In this document: positions 26,018 through 40,486 of the stretch, in pieces | Position numbering within the stretch: the first letter of the stretch is position 1 | Layout of the letters: each line of letters begins with the position of its first letter | Origin: the human T2T-CHM13v2.0 reference genome, Homo sapiens | Assembly (NCBI RefSeq): GCF_009914755.1 | Contig: NC_060931.1 | Direction: 5' to 3' (one strand) | Length of the DNA stretch: 64,000 nucleotides | The notes under the pieces: model-generated | Databases searched by the model: none | The model's input: only the letters and a program-made list of their open reading frames with translations | Told to the model about the DNA's origin: nothing | Program-made: the position numbers and the translations under genes

Positions 26018-26736
26018 ATGCACACCCCCCACCCACACACACTCCCGGTGGAGCAACAGCGTGCACACCCACGCACACTCCCGATCAACAATGTGCACAC
26101 CCACACACTCCCAATCGATCAAGAGTATGCACACCCACACACACTCCTGGTCAATCAACAGTGTGCACACCCAGGCACACTCCTGGTGGATCAACAGTAG
26201 GCACACCCACACACACTCCCAGTGGATCAACACTATGCACACCCACGCACACTCCGGGTGGATCAACAGTATGCACACCCACACACACTCCAGGTGGATC
26301 AACAGTATGCACACCCACGCACATTCCGGGTGGATAAACAGTATGCACACCCACGCACACTCCAGGTGGATCAACAGTATGCACACTCACACACACTCCG
26401 GGTGGATCAACAGAATGCACACCCACGCACATTCCTGGTGGATCAACAGTATGCACACCTATGCACATTCCAGGTGGATCAACAGTATGCACACCCATGC
26501 ACACTCCAGGTGGATCAACACTATGCACACCCATGCACACTCCAGGTGGATCAACACTATGCACACACACACACTCCGGGTGGATCAACAGTATGCACAC
26601 CCATGCACACTCCCGGTGGATCAACACTATGCACACCCACACACACTCGCGGTGGATCAACACTATGCACACCCACACACACTCCCGATGGATCAACACT
26701 ATGCACACTCATGCACACTCCTGGTGGATCAACAGT
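26018..26736. repeat. 36-bp VNTR, about 20 copies
   Basis: Unit atgcacacccacacacactccaggtggatcaacagt. Confidence 0.95.
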
Positions 26737-26775
26737 GTCAGGCTTTCAGACTGAGGAAAGGAAAACACTGTTTTT

Positions 26776-27082
26776 GGCTGTGCACAGTGGCTCACACCTG
26801 TAACCCCAGCACTTAGGGAGGCCAAGGCAGGTGGATCATTTGAGGTCAGGAGTTTGAGACCAGCCTGGCCAACATGGTGAAATCCTGTCTCTACTAAAAT
26901 ACAAAAATGAGCCAGTGGTGGTGGCAGGCACTTGTAATCCCAGCTACTCAGGAAGCTGAGGGAGCAGAATCGTTTGAACCCCAGGAGGGGGAGGTTGCAG
27001 TGAGCCAAGATAGCACCACTGCACTCCAGCCTGGGCAACAGAGGGAGACCATCTCCCCTGTCTCAACAACAACAACAACAAC
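26776..27082 (+). mobile_element. AluS with (AAC)n tail
   Basis: Alu consensus in both arms. Confidence 0.9.
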
Positions 27083-27373
27083 ACTAGTCCACAATGAACA
27101 CACCAAAAAAATGTGTAAAGTGTGGGTCTAGTTCTTTTGCATCTTTTTAAAGAAAGAAGAAGCAAAATCCCAATTGTTGAGTCATCTTCCCCTGTGGTCA
27201 GCAGCTTGCCCAGCTCCACCGAGCACTCGCTCGAGAGCGTTTCTGTTCCTTGAAAACAAATGAGAACGACAACAGCAAGATGCTCCTCAATCATTAAAAA
27301 CACCAAAGAGCATCTGTTCGTGCCCCAGCAAGTGAGAGAGAAAACCTGGCCAAAAAAAAAAAAAAAAAAATGC

Positions 27374-27718
27374 AAAGAATTGGGAGCTGGGATTTGTTCT
27401 AGTGCCATCATAAAAGAATTGGGAGCTGGGATCTGTCCTATTGCATCACAATGGGCTGTCGCCATAACAGGAGCTGGGATTTGTCCTAGTGCATCATAAA
27501 AGAATTGGGAGCTGGGATTTGTCCTATTGCATCATAACGGGCTGTTGCCATAACAGGAGCTGGGATTTGTCCTAGTGCATCATAAAAGAATTGGGAGCTG
27601 GAATTTGTCCTAGTGCCTCATAAAAGAATTGGGAGCTGGGATTTGTCCTAGTGCCTCATAAAAGAATTGGGAGCTGGGATCTGTCCTAGTGCATCACAAC
27701 GGGCTGCCATCATAACAG
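27374..27718. repeat. About 38-bp compound minisatellite
   Basis: taaaagaattgggagctgggatttgtcctagtgcatca, with interspersed gggctgt.gccataacag variant. Confidence 0.88.
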
Positions 27719-28175
27719 GGCCTGACATGGTGGAAAATCGTCAAGTAGAAATAAAAGAATCTCATTTGGACATAGTTTATAAGCAAATATGGTTATAGCA
27801 TTTTATTTCAACAACTGGGGAAAAAAACATAAAATTTATTCTGTTTTGCAGAAAAACTAAGGCCGACCAATAGGATTTGACTGTTAGAGAGACAACAATA
27901 CATTTTCCTAGTGACTTGTGGGATAAACTGCTTGTTGCTTGTTTTTATTTTTTACATTTCTGCATCTTTCCAGAATCTCAAGTACCCTGGATTTGACGGA
28001 ACTTCTCCCGGTGGGTGCTCAACACAGCGCTGCCTTCTCCTCTAAGAGCTCAGCTCCTGAAAAGGTTCACGCGAGGATGCTCACAGCAGCCAAATGCTGG
28101 GAACAACCTGTGTGGGTACAAGCAAGACGTGGTGTGTCCCTCGACGGAGCACGACTCAGCGACAACAGGAGCAAA

Positions 28176-28303
28176 GGGTGGGGGTAGGAAGGTAGCGTTG
28201 CGTCACCCCGACCGGCTGCTCAGTCAGTTCCCAATCTAGCTCCTTGTTGTACCCCTTCCCCCTTCTCACTACTGCACTTGACCAGTCTTCAAAAAATTAA
28301 AAA
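28176..28303 (+). pseudogene. Y RNA (RNY1-derived) retro-pseudogene
   Basis: gaaggtag...cagtcagtt...ctccttgttgtaccccttccccttctcactactgcacttgaccagtctt matches the hY1 3' half. Followed by an A-rich tail. Degenerate TSD aacaggagcaaa / aaaaggaacaaa. Confidence 0.88.
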
Positions 28304-28418
28304 GGAACAAATGCATACAGTGGGAGGTGAGGCAAGAGGGGGTCGGAGCATTCACCGAGGTGGAGAACAGGCTCAGTACATCTTCCCGCTCATGTTACAG
28401 TGAAATGCGTGACCTTAG

Positions 28419-28689
<271 letters not shown>

Positions 28690-29023
28690 AAAGGTTTTTT
28701 TTGTTTTGTTTTCATAAATTGCACTCCTGTCCAACCTCACAGTGCTCTTTTAATTGGTGAGAAGCTGAGCAAAGCTTCCTCCTCTCTGAAGGACAATAGG
28801 AAAAGGCCAGCACGAGAGGCCAGCACAAGAGGGTGGGGCTCTTCTTTGGAGGCAAAGCCAGCCTCTCCTGAGCCAGCTCCCCTCCCGCCTCCCCCTCCTA
28901 TGGACCACGCCCACTGGACTTACCAAGGGATCTTCAACAGGGTCTCACCCACACACAGCACTGCTGGTCTCCAGTCTCTGGGATTTCTTCTAATTCTGAG
29001 GACAAGTTTAAAACCTTACTAAT

Positions 29024-29360
<337 letters not shown>

Positions 29361-29579
29361 CTAAATGAAGAAAAGGAAAACTCTCTACAAATCATTTGTC
29401 TGATTTCTGAATTGAAAAGCAACCAAGAAGACTCTGACAATTGGCGGGCGCCCCGGCCCCAGGGCCCCTCTCAGGCTGGGTGCGTGTCTGTTGCCCGTTC
29501 TGTCGGCTGAGACCACTGTCAGGGCAAAGAGAAGACATGGGACAGCCAGGAAATGTGGCCCACCTGACTCCAATCATGC

Positions 29580-29668
29580 TTCCGGCCCCGCCACGGTTCC
29601 GGCCCCGCCACGGTTCCGGCCTCGCCACGGTTCCTGCCCCACCACGGTTCCATTCCCACCACGGTTCC
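29580..29668. repeat. 17-bp tandem repeat x5
   Basis: ggccccgccacggttcc. Confidence 0.85.
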
Positions 29669-32237
29669 TGCAGGCATTTCATGTAATGCAATTATTCTTC
29701 CCTGCAACATTCATCTGACCAATACGTGACCATTTCCTCTCTTTTGCCAGCATCATAGAGAGTTCACAAGAGACAAATCAAAGTCACCGTGGGTCCCAGT
29801 AGCAAATCTAGAACCTGCATCTTAAGGCAAAGAACGATGAACCACCATAAATTCCGTGGGCCTTTGAGAAGCCAAAGGGTGAGCTGATTGGAGGAAGGAT
29901 GGGAAGACGCCCGATCATTGTGGTTCCAGATCAGATTCTGCCTGTGTGTCACCCACATTTAACACTAAGGGACCAAGTTTGTCATCTGTTAAATGAGAAC
30001 AAAAATACATGCCCTGTTATTGTCAGTGACGGTGCAGAAATCTAACACGATAACATATAAAACACTCAGAAAGGCATTAACCCCCATGCAGTGCACTATT
30101 ATTACTTTATGCCATTTCAGTCACAAGAGCAGGTGCTGGGTGTTATTCCAGCCCAAGAATATCTCAAAGCACCCAGGCCTGGAATAGAGAGAGCAGGTTC
30201 CAAAGCAGCCCCAGGCTAAGCTTTGCACACAGACTCAGACCATGAACATCACCCATCAGTTAGAGGGAAATCACTCACCCTTCAATGCACTCTTAACACA
30301 GACCCCACCTCTATGGAAACTGCCTCAAAAGACAGAGCAGACCAGCGTCCCAAGAATGATTAGACGGCGCCTCTGAAATAACAAGGCCGTTGCATGCAAG
30401 GGCCCGAGAGCTGGCCGTCCACATTTCCTCCCAACTCCACCTTCAGTGACACTGCGTCAGTAACTGGGAGGCAGCAGTGGCGGCGGGGCGGGGGCCTTAC
30501 ACTAGAGAACCCGGCTGCAAATCAGGTCCCAAATGCTGCAAATGCTGGTGGTTAAGCATTTGCCCACACTGCACTGCTGAGCCACTGAGATTAGGCCTGA
30601 AATTAGGTGCAGAAATGCCTGCACCGAAAGACATGTGTTTGTTGTATGCATAATCTTTAGAATCCACGTTTGGTTCGATATTTCTGCTTTAATGATAAAA
30701 GGTTTTGTGCTTTTCAAAATGGTATGGCCACGCACAGACATTATCCCTCCAAACTCCTGGTCGTGGCTGAACCTCAGCAGCTTCACGGTCCCCAAGATCA
30801 ATTTCCTATCTCCTCCAATCCTGTTAGCAAATGAACCAAAATTAAATCAGGATTTGGCAGATTTCTCTAAACACTGCAGCCACTCAGAGTCCTGCTAAGG
30901 AGAAAGAGCAGCTGTAAACATATGTGAGAACCCTTGAAGCTCTTCCTGCCATAAGCACACTTCCGTTCTCTGAATAAACCCCTCTGACGAGCTGTTTCGG
31001 GAGGCTACATCCACGCCCAGGACAGCCGGGAGGGCAAGCTGCAGCCTCTGCACGGCCTCTGCTGTGTCTGTGCACCCTGATTGAGAAGCCTGCGTATCAG
31101 AGACCTCCAAGTGCCGGCTCGCCTCTCCCTCGTCCATAATTTAGTGACAATCTCCATGGCAACTAGACTCCAAGAAAAGAGAAGGAAAGGTTTCCCGGCT
31201 CTCTGAGCAGCGGGTGCTTCGTAAACTGCAAAAACACATTCCCCAAACATGGTGTCCCAAGGACACTGTCAGCCTCAGAAAATCTAGAGTGATCTGAAAT
31301 GAGCTCATTCAAACTTGACCTCAGCTTTGAAAACCACACAGCCATCCAACTGTCTAACAGTCGACCATGATAGATTGGGGGGAAAAAACATTTTAAACAT
31401 TAATTTTTAAAAAAAAGGTTGGCTATAAATAGCTTAAAAACCAAATGTTGTAAGTATTTAAAAGAAAATAAATTGGGAAGCGAAAACTACTCCAGTATAA
31501 ATCTCAGATATTAACATTCCTTGGGGCTGATATCTAATTTACTTAATTTCTTTCACACAGGCCCATGACAACCCTTCATGGTAAAAGCAAAAAAAAAATC
31601 CCTTTCTCCTACGTCAGTGACATTTCTAGGTAGACATCAAGATCTCGCGCTTAGGAGACCAAAAGCAAAAGCAGGCTATAAGCAAATGAGGTCAGCCCTG
31701 GCGCTGGGCGGGTGCAGCACTGGCCCAGCCCCCGTGCGGCCCCACTGTGTCCCCTCACAGCTGGTCATCAGCCACAGCTAAGCCAGGCCAACCCAAGAGG
31801 CACAGCGAACTCTACAGGACTCCACATTCAAAACTTGCTCCTTCATCAAAAAGCGGAGTAAACCGGGAGATTCAGCCATGGGAAGGCCTTGGACCCCAGG
31901 ACCTCTGGAAAACACTGCGTGTAACTGGCACCCCGAGTTAACTTTTCCCTGAGAAATGCTCAACCCCATTTAGTTTTTGGACATGCCTCTGGAAATATGC
32001 AAATGAGTTTCATCTACTAAACAATTCCTTATCCTCTCAAATCTCTGAAATTTAAGGGTTTAGAAAGTTAATTTGATAAATGGGAAAGTCAACCCAGCAG
32101 ATAAAAGGGAAAACGGTCTTTCAAGAGCATCTTAGTAAATGCTGCAGGTTGCACAGAGCATGCCCATGTGCCCGCCCGAACTACGGGCCACCTCCACCAG
32201 AGTCAACCGCCCAGCAGAATGTGGGCACCCCTCCTCC

Positions 32238-32380
32238 GAGAGGGACCCTCTTCCCAAGGTCAGCTAAGAGGCGGGTGCCCGTCTGAGAGGGACCCTTTTC
32301 CCAAGGTCAGCTAAGAGGCGGGTGCCCATCTGAGAGGGACCCTCTTCCCAAGGTCGGCTAAGAGGCGGGTGACCATCTGA
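32238..32380. repeat. 47-bp tandem repeat x3
   Basis: gagagggaccctcttcccaaggtcagctaagaggcgggtgcccgtct. Confidence 0.88.
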
Positions 32381-32831
32381 CCACTGAGGGAGTCGGGAGT
32401 GGGGCTGCCCATGGCTTTGGGGAAGCACTCGCTGTTCAGCGGGAGAGAAGTCAAAGAGAGAGGCCGGGTGATGCCACAGGGTGCCCTGTGGGACTGTGCA
32501 CACTGCGTTCTGCAGACATGGGCATCCTGGACAGCTGAAAACAGGGCAATGATGCAAACTGGCATTTGCGCCTCCTGGTACCCCACGGAGACAGGCCCTG
32601 AGGAGCCTGGTGGTCCTCATTCAGCTCCAGGGCAGATGCTGGCGAGGGAGGAAGGTGATCATAAGAACCCCGGCTGCAGCACAGTCTCCAACCTTCTCAC
32701 GCAGAAGAGCTGGGGGTGCTTGGGAGGCACCAGTTTCCCTGACGCCACGGTGGCAAGCGGGAGGGCTCAGGACCCGAAAAGCAACAAGCTCCCAGAGGAG
32801 CAGCCTGTGGATGCCACCAACGAGCACAGTT

Positions 32832-32975
32832 CTGGGGAGGCCCCGAAGGGCCCCGAGGACTCCACGGCTTCCCCTGTCTGGGGAGGCCCCGAAGGGCCCC
32901 GAGGACTCCCCGGCTTCCCCTGTCTAGGGAGGCCCCGAAGGGCCCTGAGGACTCCCCAGCTCCCCCTGTCTGGGG
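32832..32975. repeat. About 47-bp tandem repeat x3
   Basis: ggggaggccccgaagggccccgaggactcc..ggcttcccctgtct. Confidence 0.85.
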
Positions 32976-33664
32976 CCAGATGCTGCTCTTCCTCCTGCGA
33001 GTGGGAACAGCTTCAGCACCTGTTCTAGTTCCCTTGATTCAGGCACCCCCGGCCACTCTCCCAGCGAGACCATGAAGATGAGGATGCTGGAGAAAGGTGA
33101 CCTTGTGCACGCTTCGCCCCTGCTTAACAAGCCGGCCGTGCACCAGGGACAATCACCAAGGACGGGCCCACTCAGCAGAGGAACCCCCAGCAAAACACCC
33201 TCGGGAGGGCACGCCCGCCTCCACCCCCAGCTGACACCCACACCCCAGCCGGGCACTCCAATACCTTCTCGGGGTTTTTAGGACATGCCCCTGCTGGGCT
33301 CACTCTCCAGCTTCCTTGAATCCTACCTCCCCTCTCAGGCCTGTGGGGTCAAGCAGCTATTCTAACTACTGTGAAATTGAACTTCCAAGCCAAGGCACAC
33401 ACACACCTGGAGACCGTCTTGGTTAACGGGTAATTTATTCTCTTAGTGGGGATTCCAGTCCAGTCTACATAAGCATCATTAAGGCAGTCTCACGGGGAAG
33501 AAGTTTGGGAGTCAGATATTAGAACTTCATTGTGCAGAAACACAAAACCCAGAGTTCTCTCCTTAAAGTCCTGACTTGAGGGAAGACTTGAAAATCCAGG
33601 GCTGCACATCTGGGCTCGGAAACCTGCATATCATACTTACTACGATTTGTGTTCCTCCCGCCAT

Positions 33665-33957
33665 TTGTTTGTTGGTTTGTTTTTGAGACAGAGTCTGGCT
33701 CTGTTGCCCAGGCTGGAGTGCAAAGGCTTAATCACTGCAACCTCCTCTTCCTGGGCTCAAGTGATCCTCCCACCTCAGCCTCCCAAGTAGCTGAGACCAC
33801 AGGCACATGCCACCACACCTGGCTGATTTTTGTACTTTTTGTAGAGAAGGGGTTTCACCATGTTGCCAGGCTGGTCTTGAACTCCTGAGCTCAAGCAATT
33901 CGCCTGCCTTGGCCTCCCACAGTGCTGGGATTACAGGCGTGAGCCACTGCACCCAGT
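33665..33957 (-). mobile_element. AluJ
   Basis: Reverse Alu with J-type ctgggctcaagtgatcctcccacctcagcc. Confidence 0.88.
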
Positions 33958-36900
33958 CCCACTGTTAATTTAGAACCAGACACATCGTTTCTCCACTATT
34001 TATGACTTTAGTTACAAAGCCACACCAGATAGCACCAAATTCAAATCATATCAATGACGCCGATGCGCACAGCTGTCCCAACACAAGACAGCAGGGCCAT
34101 CCGTTGCCAGCACATGAATGACTGTAAGTCACCAACAACTGCCAGCCAAGGACGCACGAAGGATCAGCCTGTGTCTCCGTGAAAATTCACAGCACAGACG
34201 CCGCTCGGGAGGGAGAGGAGAGAGAGGGGCCCCAGCAGGCACCCTCACCCTGTCTGTGCCGCCAAGGGGCCTGAGAGTGTGACCCTGACACCGAGTCAAT
34301 CTGCTTCTCCGCCTGAGGCTGCCAGGCAGCCTGGAGGCTGGAAAAAAAATGTAAAACGTGTTCCTCTAAAACGAGGGCGTCCTTAGCGGGGATGCTATAA
34401 ATACGCCCAAGTAAGAAGAGACGCGAGAACGTCAATCTGGTTCTGTTCCTCCCGCTTCTCCTTCCTCCCAGCAAACTTCTGAGGAGAGAAAAGCCTGGAA
34501 AGTTTGAGGAGCGAACCGCATCTTCAGAGCCATTGGGTGGGGTCACATGCATACATCTGAGCTCACGTGTGTGTGAGACCCAAACTGAGCTGAACTGATT
34601 TTAACTCACCTCAAGTCACTAATCTGAAGTCTCAATATCACGTCACTTTTTCTGTTAATACACCAAATAAGGCTGAGCTTCACATAGTTCAATTCAGTCA
34701 TTCGTTTCCATCTCCTTTTAGGTTTTATTCATTGGAATTTGGGAGTGCAATGAGACTGCCAGTCACACGGAGTGATGCGGTCTCGTGTCTCACAGCTGTG
34801 GGTCTTCCTGTTGCCTCAGCCCCTCTGAGAGGATGAAGGGGCGGGGCCCTGCCCACAAGGTGGCTGGGACATCTTAGATGGTCCGGTTCATTACTAACCA
34901 ATAATGCAAAGATGGTTAGACCATTTCAGGGCCCTGGCTGCTAGATTTTCTTCATTAAGCACATATCATGCAGTCCTGTCTGACATTTTAACACGCACAG
35001 AAAACAGGGCACACAGCAAACAGGAAATGTCTGTTACCTCCGAGTGGGAGTGAGATTTGGTGAAGGGACACAAAAGGAATTTTTACTTTTTATTCTAGAT
35101 AGTTCCAAACTGTTCATTTTGAATATATCCATATACGTATAATTCATTTTTTAATTGATTTTAATTGACACACCTGAAAGAGAAAAGTGGGTAATACTGT
35201 AATGGCCAACATCTTCCCTTTTCATAAAATCAGACTTTGCTGCCATCATCCACTATTAAAATAATACCGAAGTGGGTCAAGAGAGGCAACCGAGAATTTG
35301 ATTTTAAAGAATGTGCTGAATTTTCTATTAAAGCAAAAAACTCTTTGACACCCCAATAGTGTATGCTTCCTGTAAGTTCAAGAAATCCATGTCTATTTCC
35401 AAGGCAGCATCACCCACCCCTCACCCCAGGTTTTCAGCCTGGCCTGGGATGTGGATAGGCCCCCTGCTGCCTTTCTGGAAAAAGCAACTGAAAGCTCAGC
35501 CAAGCCACGGCCAGGTTGCTCTTTTCAGCCCCCATGGGGACCAAGCTGCCCCAACAGGCAGGAAGCACAGGCGGTGTCCACAACTCTGCCTCCACACATC
35601 CACCCTTGGCCAGGAAAGAGGGAGGCACCTGAAGACAGAGAAGGGGAGAGAGCGCTGGTCAGCGGAGCAGGGACAGGACCGAGAGCCTGTGGGGCAGGAA
35701 ACCGAGTGGGAAGAGCCAAGGGGTGGTAGGCAGGCCATGCTGCAGAGTCACCACGGAGCGTGGGACAGGCACGGCGGCAAAGAGAGTGGGCTGAGTGGGT
35801 CATCACACAGCACGGGAGCCGCGGCCCCAGGTGCTGCTTGAATGAAGAAGGCTCAGCCCATGACTGCTACGTCTGGTCCCCAGGACCCAAACTGTCCAGA
35901 AATCAGCCAGCACTCCTGCAGGTGCACTGCAGTGGACGGCTAGAGGAGGGAAAGCAGCGCCGTACAGACACTCGGAAAACTGCAGACTGGAAGGGGCGTG
36001 AAAGCACAAGGTCTTGATCATTCTCCTGGCATTCGGTGCTGTGCGTAGGGTGAGCAATGGACGCCACTGGGGAAGAGTGGGAAAGGAAGGCTCAGCACGT
36101 CGGTAACGAATGAGGAGGCAGAGGCCCGCTCTGCGTCTCAAAGAACGGGTGGGATGCGGAGCCGTGACAAGGGCATGGGAAAGAAAGTGGAGTGGGAATA
36201 ACGCCAAAATTAACCTGATAAGGAAGCTGCTTTCAACGCATCCCTGAGCTGGACCCACATGGAGAAGGACCACACACCCCAAGGCTGCCCTTCAGTTTTG
36301 ACTTGATTCTGTGGGAAAGAGGGAGCCACTGAAGGTTTCATATCAGGATGACTGTGGGGGGCAGACGAGAAACACAACTTATAAAAGTGGGCTCTGACTT
36401 GTGTACACGCCGTACAGAGATGTAATTCAGTGGCTGTTTAATTAGCAACTTGTGTGGCAGACACGTTCATATTCTCAATGACAAGGAGCTCCTACACAGT
36501 CCAAGAAAAAGACAAAACTCAGTGGGAATGGGGCAAAGATGGGAGCAGTAACTTACAGAAGCAGAGGTGAAAGTGGCCCCACAGGACATGAAAACACGTG
36601 TCACCGCGACAGTCACTGGGGAAACACACATCTAACAATACCCACATTGTTGGGGGCAGTGGCTCCCGTGTTTCTCAGCTGTGGACATGCCACAGGACAG
36701 GACCCACGAGTGAGTGTTTCGGGGGCAGAAGAGGTAAAGAACAGAGGCCGGAGATGCAGACAGACCGAGGTGCAAAGTGGCTGCCTGAGAGCTGCGGCCT
36801 AGAACAAGTCACCGAACTCTTCTGAATTCCAATTTCCTCACCCTAAGGCTGTGAATGGGGCTCATGTTACTCAATGTGAGTGGGGCGGCGTGGCACAGGA

Positions 36901-37799
36901 GGTACTCAGCCTGGACTTTCTGTGAGCGCTCAATACAAAACAGCCTGGACGTTGCTGCAAGCGGCCTGGAGCTCCCGAATGGTGACCCACTCGCCGACAG
37001 CCTCCCTCCCTCTCTCCTCCGCTCTTCTTTCCTGACTAAAGCCTTCTTGAAGTCTGGAGGAAGCAGAGTGAACGCTTCCGTTGGATGAGCTCAGAACTTT
37101 TTTTCCTCTCCATTTTCATGATTAGCAATCACAGGCTGCGTCTGCCAGCTCCTGCTGTGATCTGGGGGACACCCAGAGTGCAGCAGCAACTCTGAGACGC
37201 AGAGCTGTTCTGTTTTATGGAACTGGCAAAAAATAGAATAATAACTTTTGACACCTGGGAGGCTGCGGAAAAGCACAATGGGTTTGAAAAACAGATGAGG
37301 TAGCAACTGAGAGATCTACGCTCTGTGAATCACAAACCACTCAGAGAGCCTGGAAATGCTGAGGCCACATGGCGGAGAGACCAGGTCCTGGCTGCTGCCT
37401 GTGGGGGTGGGCAGAATGAGCCTTGCATTCCCGGACCCTCCAGTGCCCGAAGGCTGATTCTCGGAGAGCTCACAGGGTACTACGGGGTGGCGGGCGCAAG
37501 CCAGCTCTGCGGCGCAGTGGGCGTCATCCTCGCTGCTGTGGGAGCGGGGGCTCCTGCTCTGGAGATCGACTGCTGTTTGGGTAATGACAGCAGCACCATG
37601 CAACAACTGAGCCACTGGTTCTCTACTTGGCAGGAATTTCCCAATTGGGATTCTAGATTCCAAGAAGGTAGGGTCTGGCAACTGTTTCTGCAGCACAAAT
37701 TGAATTCACTGCTTGATCAAACCTAAATAAAGAGTCTGAGGAGCACGACCTTCCTAGGAGCACGTTCCAGCTTTGTTCCACGTCGCGGGGGTTGCGTCT

Positions 37800-40377
37800 C
37801 ACCCTGAAGCCTTGTGGCAACCCTATGGAGGAGTCCATCGGCACCATTTTCCCAGCAGCACGTGCTCATCGCCTGTCTCTGTGCTACCTTTTGGTAATTT
37901 CCACAGTGTTGGATCCCTGAGCTGTGATCCGTGATCTTTGGTGTTACTGTCATTGTTTTGGGGCACCATGAACCGTGCCCATAGAAGACAGTGAGCATAA
38001 CTGATCAATGCTGTGTGTGTTCTGACTGCGTAACTGACCAGCCATTCTCCCATCTCGCTCCCTCTCCTCCAGCCTCCCTATTCCCTGAGACACAACAATA
38101 TTGAAATTAGGCTAATTAGCAACCCTACAGTGGCCTCTAAGTGTTCATGTGAAAGAAAGAGCCGCACCTCTCTCACTTTAAATCAGAAGCTAGAAATGAT
38201 TAAACTTAGTGAGGAAGCCATGCCGAAAGCCAAGAATAGGCCAAAAATGAGGCCTCTCGTGTAAAACAGTTAGCCAAGTTGTGAATGTAAAGGAAAAGTT
38301 CTTGGAGAAAATTAAAAGTGCTACTCCAGAAAACGAGAAAGTGAAACAGCCTTACTGCTCATATTGAGAAAGTCTGAGTGGTCTGGATAGACCAAGCCAG
38401 CCACAATATTCCCTTAAGCCAGAGCCTAATCCAGAGCAAGGCCCTCACTCTTCAATTCCATGAAGGCTGAGAGAAGTGAGGAAGCTGCAGAAGAAAACTC
38501 TGAAGCTCGCAGAGGTTGGTTCATGAGGTTGAAGGAAAGGAGTCATCTCCATAACATAACAGTGTAAGGTGCAGCAGCAAGTGCTGATGGAGAAGCTGCA
38601 GCAAGCTCTCCAGAAGATCTGGCTGAGATCAGTGACGAAGGTGGCTGCTCTAACAACAGATTTTCAATGTAGATGAAACAGCCTTACATTGAAGAAGATG
38701 CCATCTAGGACTTCCATAGCTAGAGAGAAGACAGCGCCTGACTTCAAAGCTTCAAAGCACAGGCTGGCTCTCTTGTGAGGAGCTGATGCAGCTGAGGACT
38801 TTAAGTCAAAGCCAATGCTTGTTCATCCGAGGGCCCTTAAGAATCATGCTAAATCTATGGCTGCCTGTGCTCTGTCACTGGAACAAAGCTGGATGACAGC
38901 ACATCTGTTTACAGCATGGTTTACTGAATATTTTAAGCCCACTATTGAGACCTACTGCTCAAAAAAGATTCCTTTCAAAATATGGCTGCTCATCAGCAGT
39001 GCACCAGTCACCCAAGAGCTGTGATGCAGCTGTACAAGGAGGTGGGTGTTGTTTCCATGCCTGCTGACACCTCGTCCATTCTGCAGCCCAGGGATCAAAA
39101 AATAATTTCCATTTCAAGACATATATACAAATATTTTGAGGTAGAGTCTTGCTCTGTCGCCCAAGCTGGAGTGCAGTGGTGCGATCTCGGCTCACTACAA
39201 CCTCCGCCTCCCAGGTTCAAGCAATTCCTTGCCTCAGCCTCCCGCATAGCTGGGATTACAGGCACATGCCACCATGCCCGGCTAATTTTTGTATTTTTAG
39301 TAGAGACAGGGTTTCACCATCTTGGCCAGGCTGGTCTTGAACTCCTGACCTTGTGATCCACCTGCGTCGGCCTCCCAAAGTGCTGGGATTACAGACATGA
39401 GCCACTGCACCCAGCCAAGACTTATATTTTAGAAACACACTTTGTAAGATGACAGCTGCCATAGATAGTGATTCCTCTGACTGATCTGGGTAAAGTAAAT
39501 TGAAAACCTCCTGGAAAAAATTCACCGTTCTAGATGCCATTGAGAACACTTGCGATTCATGGAGGGAGGTCAAAATAGCAACATTCACAGGAGTTTGGAA
39601 GAGGCTGAGTCCAACCCTCATGCATGACTTTCAGGGATTCAGGACTTCAGTAGAGGAAGGAACTGCAGATGTGGTGGGAACAGCAAGGGAACCAGCATTA
39701 GCAGAGCTGCCTGAAGATGTGACCAAATTGCCACAATCTCATGATAAAACTTTAACAGGTGAGGAGTTGCTTCCTAGGGACGAGCAAAGAAAGTGGTTTC
39801 TGGAGATGGAATCTACTCCTGGTGAAGATGCTGTGAGCATTGTGAAAATCAGAACAAAGGATTCAGAATATCACATCAACTTATTTGATAAGGCAGTGGC
39901 AGGGGTTGAAAGGATTGACTCTTAATTTTGAAAAATGTTCTACTGCGGGTAAAATGCTACCAAACAGCATTGCGTTCTGCAAAGAAATCTTTCATGAAGG
40001 AAGAGTCAACTGATGCAGTCAATTTTATTTGTCTTATTTTAAGAAATTAACACAGTTGCCCCAAGCTTCAAGCAACCACGGCCCTGATCAATCAGCAGCC
40101 ATTAACACTGCGGCAAGACCCTCCACCCGCAGGAAGATTACAACTTGCTGAAAGCTCAGGTGATCATTAGCATTTTTAGCAAAAACATTTTTAATGAAGG
40201 CCTGTACATTGTTTTTTAGACATAGTGCTATTACACACTTAATAGACCACAGCCTAGTAAAATGTAACTTTTATATGCACTGGAAAACTAGAAAATCTGT
40301 GTGACTCACTTTATCGTCATATTTGCTTTATTGCAGTGCCCTGGAATTGAACCCACAATATCTCCGAGGTCTGCCTG
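37800..40377 (+). mobile_element. Tigger1 (TcMar-Tigger DNA transposon), near full length, with a dead transposase and an Alu insertion
   Basis: Consensus-like stretches ttgtggcaaccc, ccctattccctgagacacaacaatattgaaattagg and gtggcctctaagtgttca (start ATG mutated). Transposase-like remnants in ORFs 38815 and 39500. 3' TIR caatatctccgaggtctgcctg followed by TA. Confidence 0.93.
39135..39416 (-). mobile_element. Alu (AluS) inserted in Tigger1
   Basis: Reverse Alu consensus; TSD-like aagacatatat / aagacttatat. Confidence 0.92.
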
Positions 40378-40486
40378 TAGATGCTAAATCAGTGGTTTTT
40401 TTTATATTCACAAATGAGCCCATTCACTAGTTTTTCTTGGGCAATTTCTGAAGCACACTTTTGGGAATTGATATGCAATGTTTATA

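Noticed and set aside
30502-30898. Protein-like ORFs (MILGTVKLLRFSHDQEF...)
   Set aside because: No match to PTPRN2 or any protein I recognise, and no convincing splice-site pair.
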